Source: an uncultured Gemmatimonadales bacterium (GTDB lineage Bacteria; Gemmatimonadota; Gemmatimonadetes; Longimicrobiales; RSA9). From it: a DNA stretch of 64,000 bases. Both the position numbers and the translations under genes were made by a program. The stretch lies in contig OY970192.1 of assembly GCA_963708135.1 (NCBI GenBank), positions 3,072,001-3,136,000 on the forward strand, given 5' to 3'. Within the stretch, counting starts at the first letter, position 1; each line of letters starts with the position of its first letter. The notes below the pieces were generated by a model. That model ran no database searches and was not told the origin of the DNA. It saw only the letters and a program-made list of their open reading frames with translations. Shown here one piece after another: positions 17,661 to 26,117 of the stretch.

Positions 17661-17960
17661 ATGGCGAAGACTGTCACGAGCCGGTACGACGTAGCGGAGC
17701 ACCTCCGGACGCCGGAAGAGATGGCCGCGTATCTGGAGGCGTGTCTCGAGGAGGCGGACGGTGATGCGGCGTTTGTCGCCAAGGCGTTGGGCGACATTGC
17801 TCGAGCCAGAGGTATGAGCCAAGCGGCTCGCGATTCAGGCCTGTCGCGGGAGAGCCTCTACAAGGCCTTATCTGGGGAGCGCACGCCTAGCTTCGATACG
17901 ATACTCAAGGTCGTCGGCGCACTTGGGCTGAAGCTCCATGCGGAGGCTGCGCAGGGCTGA
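17661..17960 (+). CDS. Addiction-module antidote (HTH antitoxin)
   Basis: YDVAEHL..EEMAAYL...ALGDIARARGMSQ...RESLYKALS. Confidence 0.9.
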   Translation: MAKTVTSRYDVAEHLRTPEEMAAYLEACLEEADGDAAFVAKALGDIARARGMSQAARDSGLSRESLYKALSGERTPSFDTILKVVGALGLKLHAEAAQG

Positions 17961-17983
17961 TAGGTCCGTCGTGACGCGGCTTC

Positions 17984-18001
17984 GGCTAATAGACGTTATG
18001 T
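17984..18001 (+). other. Collapsed attC site 21
   Basis: GGCTAAT-AGAC-GTTATGT; the preceding bases complement the cassette start at 15502. Confidence 0.65.
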
Positions 18002-18122
18002 GAAATCGCTTTGGGTCGTGCATGGAGCCCATGGACGGTAGGTTGAGGTCCCAGTAGCATGAATGCCCAGAGTCGCCAGTCACGGCGGCGGGCTGCCACA
18101 ACCAGGAGTCGAGTGCTTCGAC

Positions 18123-18812
18123 ATGGAGCGCAGATATCAGGATCACGAAATCCGGCAGATTCTCGATCTAGCCATCGATGAGGGAGACGCTCCTGCAGAG
18201 TCTCTTCCTGTGATCGATGGTTTGACCCTTCGTGAGTTGCAGGAGGTGGGGCGCGAGGTTGGGTTGCCTGAAGGTCGTATCACGCAGGCAGTCGCGGCAT
18301 TCGAAGCGCATGGGATATCGGTGCCTCGAGGCACCACCCTCGGATTGCCAACTTCCGTCGGTAGCATCGTGGCCCTCCCTCGTAGCCCATCTGAGCGAGA
18401 GTGGGAGCTGCTCATCGCCGAGTTGCGCACGACGTTTGGCGGAAAGGGCGTCGCGACCTCGTATGGTGGTCTGCGAGAGTGGTCACAGGGGACTGTGCAC
18501 GCGTTTGTCGAGCCAACCGAGACAGGACATCGGTTGCGATTGGCGGATTCGCGGATGACGGCGGTGGGCGGGATCGGTCTAGGAGGTTTCTTCTTGGCAT
18601 TTGCCCTCCTAATCCTCGTTGTTCTGCTCGGCAAGGACGACCCAGGCGTCAGATTCGCCGTTCCGGCGTTCTTCTCTCTGATCGGCGGTAGCCTGATCGC
18701 GGGAAGCGTGGTGGCGTTACCCAGGTGGGCCCGCGAACAAGAGAACCGCATGGCGCACATCAGCAGCCGTGCAGTATCACTGCTTGCCCCACCTGGACCG
18801 GCGGGGGAATGA
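18123..18812 (+). CDS. Hypothetical membrane protein with two C-terminal TM segments (cassette cargo)
   Basis: Clean ORF filling the cassette; two hydrophobic segments. Confidence 0.75.
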   Translation: MERRYQDHEIRQILDLAIDEGDAPAESLPVIDGLTLRELQEVGREVGLPEGRITQAVAAFEAHGISVPRGTTLGLPTSVGSIVALPRSPSEREWELLIAELRTTFGGKGVATSYGGLREWSQGTVHAFVEPTETGHRLRLADSRMTAVGGIGLGGFFLAFALLILVVLLGKDDPGVRFAVPAFFSLIGGSLIAGSVVALPRWAREQENRMAHISSRAVSLLAPPGPAGE

Positions 18813-18899
18813 GCGCGCTGGCCAGTGCTCTTCAGGAGCGCATCGCGGGAAACAAGGGGAACGGATGAGGGGCATGGCCGCGCGCGAGCACGCGAAATC

Positions 18900-19056
18900 A
18901 CATAACAAGAGAGTTGCGCCTGCGCGGCCTTCGGCCGCTCCGGAGAACACCGGCGCTGAAATGGTGCTGTTGGAAGCGGCGGTAGATATCGTTGACGATC
19001 GCAGCCTCGTCGGGACGTGAGGACGCGCCGGCGTCGCAACTCAAAGAACGTTAAGC
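18900..19056 (+). other. attC site 22
   Basis: ACATAAC-aaGAGAGTTGCG ... CGCAACTC-aaagaac-GTTAAGC. Confidence 0.85.
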
Positions 19057-19288
19057 GCCATTGGCCGGCAAGAATGAATGATTAAAGCGTGAAGCGGGAC
19101 AAAACAATCGCCTTCCTTTTCCTCCCCGCGCTTTGGGTACCGATTGCTTCGCAAGAGAGCATTCTCATCGTCGCATGAAGTCAAAGGGACGATTCCTCAG
19201 AAAGCGCCCGTCATTGACCCCTATATTTCACGAGAGTACTCTGGTCCCAAGACGACGTAACCAGGATCTCACCAGCCGGCAGTGCAAA

Positions 19289-20668
19289 ATGACTCGTGTG
19301 TCACGGTACATCATCCTCTTCGTCATCCTGAGCTTCTGCCGGCAGGGACGCACGCTCGCGCAAAGCGCACCCCACGACTGGGCCTACCTTGATCCGGTCT
19401 CTGACTCCGTCGTGGGCATCAGTCTCTTCAAGGCGTATGCTCATCTCGGGGTCAGGCCGCACACAACCGTGATTGTCGCGATCATCGACAATGGGTTCGA
19501 CATCGAGCATCCGGATCTCAAAAGAGTCATCTGGACTAACCCGCGGGAAATCGCGGGCAATCATATAGACGACGATCACAATGGTTATGTCAACAATGTG
19601 CACGGCTGGAATTTCCGTTCTTCGCCCGACGGTGAACTCGCCGAGAACGACCAGATGGAATCAACGCGAATCTATGCACAATGGAGAGGCCGATTCGAGG
19701 CCGCCGACACAGGCGGTATGATCCCGGAGGTCAGACGGCAGCTGGATTTATACCGCACAGCGAAACAGGCATACCTCGAGAAACTGAAGGGTGAGTTGAC
19801 CGAGGACGAGCGAGAGTTCGCATACAACGCAGAATATGATCCGAGCCGGATCATCGGTGATCATGCCACAGATCCGACCGAGAAATCCTATGGAAGCCGT
19901 TCCATGAGGCTGACTCCGCAGCTTACGCACGGCACTCACGTGGCCGGCATCGTCGCAGCGGATCGCACGAATGGTGTCGGTGTAATGGGTGTCGCTGACC
20001 ATGTACTCATCATGCCTGTAGTTGCGACTACCGCTGCCGGTGACGAGCGCGACAAGGATGTCGCCAATGCGATCCGGTACGCCGTTGATAACGGCGCACG
20101 CATTATCAACATGAGCTTTTCGAAGATCTTGTCGCAGTACAAGTGCGTCGTTGATGATGCAGTACGGTATGCGGAGGCGAACAATGTTCTGATCATCCAC
20201 GCCGCCGGCAACGACGGACAGAACGACGATTCCGTGCCACATTATCCGACAGCTGATTTCTGCACCGGCGGAAGGGCAAAGAATTTCATCACGGTTGGCT
20301 GGAGCAGAGCGAAGTTTGACGAACGACTCGCGCACCCTTATTCCGACTTTGGAGCACACACCGTAGATATCTTCGCGCCGGGTAGCGATATCTATTCGAC
20401 AGTGCCCGGAGGGTATGACTACAAATCGGCCAGCAGCATGTCTACTGCGTTTGTTTCGGGTGTGGCGGCGCTGCTGCTTTCCTACTTTCCGGACCTCTCG
20501 GCTGTGCAGCTTAAAGACTTGATCCTGCAATCGGCGTTCAAGCCGGACGTGCTGGTGAACAAGCCCGGCACCAACGAAAAGGTTCCTTTTCGCAGCCTGT
20601 CGGTGAGCGGTGGCATCGTCAACGCTGGTGCCGCGGTAAGGTTGGCGCTACAGCGCTATGAGCATTGA
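19289..20668 (+). CDS. Secreted subtilisin-like S8 peptidase (cassette cargo)
   Basis: IIDNG, HGTHVAG, AAGND and variant Ser motif ASSMS; N-terminal signal peptide. Confidence 0.88.
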   Translation: MTRVSRYIILFVILSFCRQGRTLAQSAPHDWAYLDPVSDSVVGISLFKAYAHLGVRPHTTVIVAIIDNGFDIEHPDLKRVIWTNPREIAGNHIDDDHNGYVNNVHGWNFRSSPDGELAENDQMESTRIYAQWRGRFEAADTGGMIPEVRRQLDLYRTAKQAYLEKLKGELTEDEREFAYNAEYDPSRIIGDHATDPTEKSYGSRSMRLTPQLTHGTHVAGIVAADRTNGVGVMGVADHVLIMPVVATTAAGDERDKDVANAIRYAVDNGARIINMSFSKILSQYKCVVDDAVRYAEANNVLIIHAAGNDGQNDDSVPHYPTADFCTGGRAKNFITVGWSRAKFDERLAHPYSDFGAHTVDIFAPGSDIYSTVPGGYDYKSASSMSTAFVSGVAALLLSYFPDLSAVQLKDLILQSAFKPDVLVNKPGTNEKVPFRSLSVSGGIVNAGAAVRLALQRYEH

Positions 20669-20843
20669 CACATTCTCAGCAATCGTTGCCTCGACCGGTC
20701 GCGCCTGCAGCCGATCTCGGTTGAGTATCACGCTCCCGTTCAGGGTAGCGCTGAGCGCTGGATGTCGCGAAAGGTCGTCAAACGTAGCGGAATCGATCTC
20801 TTGATCTCCAACACGGCGGCGTTGCCGGACCGGCCAGCGGCGA

Positions 20844-20871
20844 GCCTAACGGCAGATAATAGACGTTATAC
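20844..20871 (+). other. Collapsed attC site 23
   Basis: GCCTAAC-ggcagaTAATAGAC-GTTATAC. Confidence 0.6.
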
Positions 20872-20935
20872 GCCATGCGCCTACCCTGGCGGATAGGCGC
20901 AGAAGCATACGCGAACAGGACCGGAGGCTGGGAAT

Positions 20936-21217
20936 CTACTTGCGAGCGGGTGGGGCAGGCATTCCGTAGAGCATGCCGTGCACGCTGATGTCCTCGTCCA
21001 CATCGGGCCAGTGGATGCCCTGGCCGGCACCAATGAGGCGATAGTTGCCGCGTTGCTCCGGCGTAGCCTGCGATAGGCGCCAGGACCACGCGAGTGCTCA
21101 TTCCACGCCTCACGGATGAGAGCGAGATTGGCTTGGATTACCCCGCGGATTCGGTTTAGCTCCTTGGGGGAGAACGCATAGGACGAGGCCAGCGTCAGCG
21201 GTTCGAGCCAGAACTTA
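20936..21217 (-). pseudogene. Remnants of a DUF4160/DUF2442 putative TA pair
   Basis: KFWLEPL...EAWNEH cut by IS256; GIHWPDVDEDISV fragment with an internal deletion. Confidence 0.7.
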
Positions 21218-22615
21218 GGGCCAAGTGTTGGCGTTCCAAAGCAAAGAGGTATCTCCAGAAGGTGTGGAAACGAGCAGAAGGCGGTGACACCTTTCGGTTG
21301 AGCCATCAACCACGGGCCTCGTGCCGGCACGAAAGGAGCCACCGCCGTGTCAAAGGTAACCAAGGAAGCGTCCTCGTCGTCAAGCGTGATATGGGGACAG
21401 CTGGAGGGCTTTGCCCGCGAGCAGGTTCAGGTATTCGTCCAGCGGCTGCTCGAGGAAGAGATCGAAGGGCTCCTGGGCCGGCGGAAGTCGGAGCGGCGAG
21501 AGCCCGGATCGGAGCCGGTCTAGCGGAACGGCTACGGCAAGGCGCGTAGGCTGGCGTTGTCGAACGGCACGATCAAGGTTCGGCGCCCGCGGGTCCGAGG
21601 GCTGGAAGAGCGGTTCGAGAGCCGAATCCTTCCGCTGTTCAAGCGGCGCACGGAGGAAGTCAGCCATCTCCTGCCCCAGCTCTACCTGCACGGGCTGGCG
21701 CTCGGCGACTTCGAGCTCGCGCTGAGGGGGCTGCTGGGGGACGCTGCTCCCCTTTCGGCTGCTTCGATCGCTCGGCTGAAGGCGCAGTGGCAGCTCGAGT
21801 TCCAGGAGTGGCGGAGCCGTTCGCTGGCCGAGCTCGACATCGTGTACTGCTGGGCGGATGGCCTGTACGTAAAGGCCGGCATCGACGACGGCAAGGCGGC
21901 GCTCCTGGTGATCATCGGTGGGACCCGCGAGGGCGAGAAGGTCGTGCTCGCCGTGGAGAGCGGGCAGCGGGAGTCGCGCGAGTCGTGGCTGGGCGTACTG
22001 CGCGACCTGAAGGCCCGCGGCATGAACGCGCCCCGACTCCTGGTCGCCGACGGCCACCTGGGCATCTGGGCCGCGGGCGCCGAGATCTGGCCGCGGTGCG
22101 AGGAGCAGCGCTGCTGGAATCACAAGATGGTCAACGTGCTGGACCAGGTTCCGAGGAAGCAGCAGGCGGCCGTCCGCCAGCACCTGAGAGGAATGATGTA
22201 CGCCGAGAGCAGGGCTGAGTGCGAGAAAGCGCGTGACCGGTGCGTGAAGCAGTTCGAGCGGCTCTACCCCAAGGCGATGGCGGCGCTCAAGCGGGACTGG
22301 GAGCGGATGGTCACCTTCTTCTCCTTCCCCCACGAGCACTGGGTCCACCTGCGCACCACCAACATCGTCGAGTCGCCCTTCGCCTCTGTGCGGCTCAGGA
22401 CCACGGCCGCAAAGCGCTACACGCGGGTCGAGAACGCCACGGCGTTGATCTGGAAGCTGCTCCTCGTAGCGGAGAAGACGTTCCGGCGGCTCAACGCCGC
22501 ACACCTGCTCGCTGCCGTTTCCGCGGGCGCAAAGTAGGTCGACGGCATCCCCGTCACCAGTCAGTCCGAAAGGGCCGCCGCCTGACGCCGTTTACACACC
22601 TATTAACGTGACCTC
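21218..22615 (+). mobile_element. IS256-family element; transposase has in-frame TAG stops at 21521 and 22535
   Basis: RNGYGK, WADGLY, QRCWNHK and RTTNIVES motifs; ends only approximate. Confidence 0.85.
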
Positions 22616-22663
22616 ATACTCTGACTCAATTGGCCTACGACTTTGTCTCTGCTAACCTCCTTC

Positions 22664-23779
22664 ATGGCCGAAACCATCCGCTCCGTACTGAGCGCACCGT
22701 ATCCGCCGGGAAGCCGCTTTCAAACCCGCGGCGAGCTGTACCGCTTCGCCCTGCGCCTGTTCTTCCTTTTGGTCGCCCTTGTCGCACCCATCATGTTCCT
22801 CCGGGCCAACTGGAGCCGCACCGGATGGGATCGAGACACCGTGCCCATTCACGTGGCTGCGCGGCGGATCCAGGACGGCAAGCCCCTCTACCCGGGTCCG
22901 AGCGGTTACACTCCGCTGAGGCCCGCTCTGGTTGGAGATCGCCTGGCCTACCCGCCGTTTCTGCCGGCGGCAGTTTCGTGGGCGGCGGACAGAGATTTCC
23001 CGGCGTTCACCCGCTTATTCTACGTTGCCGACCTGCTCGCCGTGCTCGTCTACGCGATCGCGCTGGCACGCATTGCAACCGGGCGCGTGCGGCCTCTGGA
23101 CGTCGGGGTGGCCGCGGGGGCGGTCTTCGCTAGCCCGCTGGCCCTTGGGGCGATGTCCATGGGCAACCCGGAGCCCATTCTCTGGGCTCTCTACTCCCTC
23201 GCGATCGCGTTCCCGGTATTTCGCGGCGCCGGGTTTCTGATGGCAGGCTCAGTGAAGCTGTTCGGGTTCTGGCCTCTGGCGGTGGCAGCCGTTCGAGATC
23301 GACGACGGACTCTGATCTCTGCCTCCGTTGCCGCGCTCGCCCTCGCCGCTCTAGGAATCGGCGTTCTCGGCGCTCCAGGGCTGCTTCAGGCGATGGTCAA
23401 CTGGTTCCGCTACTCCATGCCGGAGAGCGCGCAGGGGAGTTTCTTCTACGCGAACGTCTCCGTCAGCTTTGCCGTGGTGCGACTGGCTCGCCACCTCGGG
23501 TGGCAATACACCGGTGGTCCCCTTCCATTACTCGCAAGGATATGGCTCTTCGGCGCGGGCGTGACGGCCCCGCTCGTCACGGGCTGGATGACCCGTAATC
23601 GGAGCACGGATGTCCAATGCGCCGCTGTGCTCGTGGCGGCCCTGGCCTTTTCACCGATCTGCTGGTCGGAATACTCAGCCGTCCTTCTTCTACCCGGGGC
23701 CCTCTGGCTCCGCGTCCGCGCGCGGCTCCCGGAGCCGGAGCCCGCACAGGTGCCGCCCGAATCGGTCTATCATATCTGA
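22664..23779 (+). CDS. Polytopic membrane protein, GT87/DUF2029-like glycosyltransferase
   Basis: PLY...AYPPF motif, MGN, VKLF, FSPICWSEY; many TM segments. Confidence 0.65.
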   Translation: MAETIRSVLSAPYPPGSRFQTRGELYRFALRLFFLLVALVAPIMFLRANWSRTGWDRDTVPIHVAARRIQDGKPLYPGPSGYTPLRPALVGDRLAYPPFLPAAVSWAADRDFPAFTRLFYVADLLAVLVYAIALARIATGRVRPLDVGVAAGAVFASPLALGAMSMGNPEPILWALYSLAIAFPVFRGAGFLMAGSVKLFGFWPLAVAAVRDRRRTLISASVAALALAALGIGVLGAPGLLQAMVNWFRYSMPESAQGSFFYANVSVSFAVVRLARHLGWQYTGGPLPLLARIWLFGAGVTAPLVTGWMTRNRSTDVQCAAVLVAALAFSPICWSEYSAVLLLPGALWLRVRARLPEPEPAQVPPESVYHI

Positions 23780-23945
23780 ACACCGCTGCATGGCAGCAGA
23801 TGGCGGCGAACTTGCTCCACGGCCGCCGTGGCGACACCGCGCGGCCGTTGCCATAAGCGCGCCGCTGCCACCCCGCGTGCCCAGGGACACGGCGACGGCA
23901 GCTCGTAAGCAACGGGCTCAAAGCAAACGGATTACGGCGCACGGC

Positions 23946-24059
23946 GTACAACACGAGCGTTCCCGCTGCGCTCGCGTTCGCTCGCTTGCCGCTTCGCGGA
24001 CACCCCTGCGCTTCGCTTCGCGCCGCTGCGGGGTGTCGGGAACGCCTGGAACGTTCTAT
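23946..24059 (+). other. attC site 24 (last in the array)
   Basis: GTACAAC-acgaGCGTTCCCG ... CGGGAACGC-ctggaac-GTTCTAT. Confidence 0.75.
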
Positions 24060-24275
24060 GAGAGCGCGTGTCGGCGCATGCTCGGGTCGTGCTGGTGCGG
24101 TCCATCCCGCTATGGACGCCTGGGCCCGGCGGGAATAACGTTCGGGGTGCGCGATTCTCGAAGGCGGATTCACATTGCGCGGGCCGCGTCGTCCGCGACG
24201 GCGTGGTCGAGTGGCGGTGAGCGCAATGGTGCGGATGCGTACGGATAGGTCTCGCCCGCGGCCCCCCGGCGGGTC

Positions 24276-25217
24276 GTGAGGTCGGCTCCGGCGGCGATTC
24301 CCGGGACCGTGATCTGGGCGTACGCGGCCGGTGGGCTGGTCGTGGCCCTCGGGCTGCTCACGCTCCACCGGCGCGGCACCTGGCGAGAGCGGCGCGGCCT
24401 CGAGAGGCTGCTGCTGCTCGGGCCGCTCTTCTACGCGGCGCCTCTTGCCGGCTTCGGCACGGAGCACTTCACGCTGACGGCGACGATCGCGTCCCTCATC
24501 CCGCGCTGGATTCCGTGGCACCACCTCTGGGCGTACCTCGTGGGAGCGTGCTTCATCGGGGCCGCGCTGAGCATCGTGACCGGGGTCCGCGCGCGCCTCG
24601 CGGCAGGCCTCGTCGGCGCAACGTTCTTTCTCTTCGTGGTGCTGATGGACGCCCCGGCCTGGCTGCAGAATCCCGGCAGCCGGTTCGCGCTGGCGCTGGC
24701 GCTGCGGGAGCTGGCGTTCAGCGGCGGCGCACTGGCGCTGGCGGCCGGCCTCCGAGAGCCGGGCGGCGAGCGCGGGGCTCGCGCGCTCGCGACGGTGGCG
24801 CGGTACTTCATCGCCGTCGCCGTGCTCTTCTACAGCGTCGAGCAGCTCCTGCACGGCAACTACGTTCCCGGCATTCCACTGAACCGTGTGACGCCCGGCT
24901 GGGTCTACGGACGCGTCCTGTGGACGTACGCGGCGGGCGTGGCCTACGCCGTGACCGGCACACTGCTGCTGCTGGGGAGGTGGCCCCGCGCGGCCGCAAC
25001 GTGGCTGGGCGTGACGGTGCTGTGCGTGGAGGCAGTCGTCTACGTGCCCATCGCGGTCGTGGACCGCGCGAGCGTGGCCGGCTTCAACTACCTGGCGGAC
25101 ACGCTCATGTTCGCCGGCGCGGCGCTCCTGCTCGCGCGCGCCATGCCCGAGGGCAGCGTGGCGGAGGCGTCGCCCGCGCCGGGGCAGCTCCGGGAACGAT
25201 CACATGAGAGGGCCTGA
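24276..25217 (+). CDS. DoxX-like duplicated membrane protein
   Basis: GFGTEHF...IPRWIP motif with a degenerate repeat; many TM segments. Confidence 0.7.
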   Translation: MRSAPAAIPGTVIWAYAAGGLVVALGLLTLHRRGTWRERRGLERLLLLGPLFYAAPLAGFGTEHFTLTATIASLIPRWIPWHHLWAYLVGACFIGAALSIVTGVRARLAAGLVGATFFLFVVLMDAPAWLQNPGSRFALALALRELAFSGGALALAAGLREPGGERGARALATVARYFIAVAVLFYSVEQLLHGNYVPGIPLNRVTPGWVYGRVLWTYAAGVAYAVTGTLLLLGRWPRAAATWLGVTVLCVEAVVYVPIAVVDRASVAGFNYLADTLMFAGAALLLARAMPEGSVAEASPAPGQLRERSHERA

Positions 25218-25221
25218 GCCC

Positions 25222-25365
25222 ATGTCGAAGCTCATCTACCCGGCCATCACCTCCCTCGACGGCTACATCGAGGATGAGAGCGGCGAGTTCGGCCGGGCAC
25301 GGCCCGACGAGGACGTCCACGCCTTCGTCAACGAGCTCCTGCGCCCGATCGGCACGCACCTCTAG
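25222..25365 (+). pseudogene. Truncated dihydrofolate reductase/RibD-C family gene
   Basis: MSKLIYPAITSLDGYIED...VHAFVNEL followed by a stop. Confidence 0.65.
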
Positions 25366-25465
25366 GGAGAGGAGCAGATCATGGTTGGCGCAGAGATGGT
25401 CCGGCGGGGCACGTCGCTGCCATCGGGCTCACGCTGCGGCGGCCTGCGCCGCGGGCGGGGCAACC

Positions 25466-25933
25466 GTGGCTGACACGAGCAGCGCCGAGAGAGAGCTGGA
25501 CGGGTTCATCGACCGGTTCCAGCCGGAGATTGCCGACCGGACGCGTGACGCCCTGGCACGCATGAAGGCGCGGCTGCCCGGCGCGGTGCAGCTGGTCTAT
25601 GACAACTACAACGCCCTGGCCATCGGCTTCAGCCCCACCGAGCGAACGTCGGATGCGGTCTTCTCGATCGCCGTCTACCCGCGCTGGGTAAGCCTGTTCT
25701 TCCTGCTGAACGGGGCCGGGTTGCCAGATCCGAAGGGGCTGCTCAGGGGAGCCGGGAAGAAGGCGCGCCACATCGTACTGGAGCGAGCCGAGATGCTCGA
25801 GCAGAGCGATGTGCAGGCGTTGCTGGCGGCAGCGCTGGCTCACGCGCCGGGGTGCATGGCAGATCCCGCGCAGGGCCGGCTGATCATCAAGTCCGTGTCG
25901 GCGAAACAGCGGCCTCGACGGCCTGGAACGTAG
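25466..25933 (+). CDS. DUF1801-like protein
   Basis: LVYDNYNALAIGF...LPDPKGLLRGAGKKARHI. Confidence 0.7.
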   Translation: MADTSSAERELDGFIDRFQPEIADRTRDALARMKARLPGAVQLVYDNYNALAIGFSPTERTSDAVFSIAVYPRWVSLFFLLNGAGLPDPKGLLRGAGKKARHIVLERAEMLEQSDVQALLAAALAHAPGCMADPAQGRLIIKSVSAKQRPRRPGT

Positions 25934-26117
25934 GCGGCAAATGCAGGCGCGGGCGGACGAGCCGAGCGACGACGAACGGCCGGGCTCCACGGCGTTGCGC
26001 ACCTGAAGCGTCGCCGCGGGCCGCAGGATCCGGCGGGCCGGGCCCGCGCCTCCATTCTTGCCCTCCGCCCGTCGACTCTGCTACTCTGAACGCCTCACCT
26101 CACTCCTGGAGCCAACC

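Larger units (their letters stand above)
1..24059 (+). mobile_element. Integron gene-cassette array (23 complete cassettes plus a partial one at the left edge); no intI in window
   Basis: 24 imperfect palindromes bounded by ...TAAC and GTT..., regularly separating short 1-2 gene units, all in the same orientation. Confidence 0.93.

Noticed and set aside
128..24059. attC repeats read as CRISPR or plain REP elements
   Set aside because: They have TAAC/GTT core boxes and inner paired boxes, and they separate whole genes, as attC sites do
1..24059. Integron integrase gene
   Set aside because: No tyrosine-recombinase motifs appear in any ORF of the window
21521..25365. TAG codons at apparent Tyr positions (21521, 22535, 25363), suggesting stop-codon reassignment
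   Set aside because: Many intact genes in the window end in TAG (for example 3736, 11651, 11876, 28385); nonsense mutations in decaying elements are the simpler explanation
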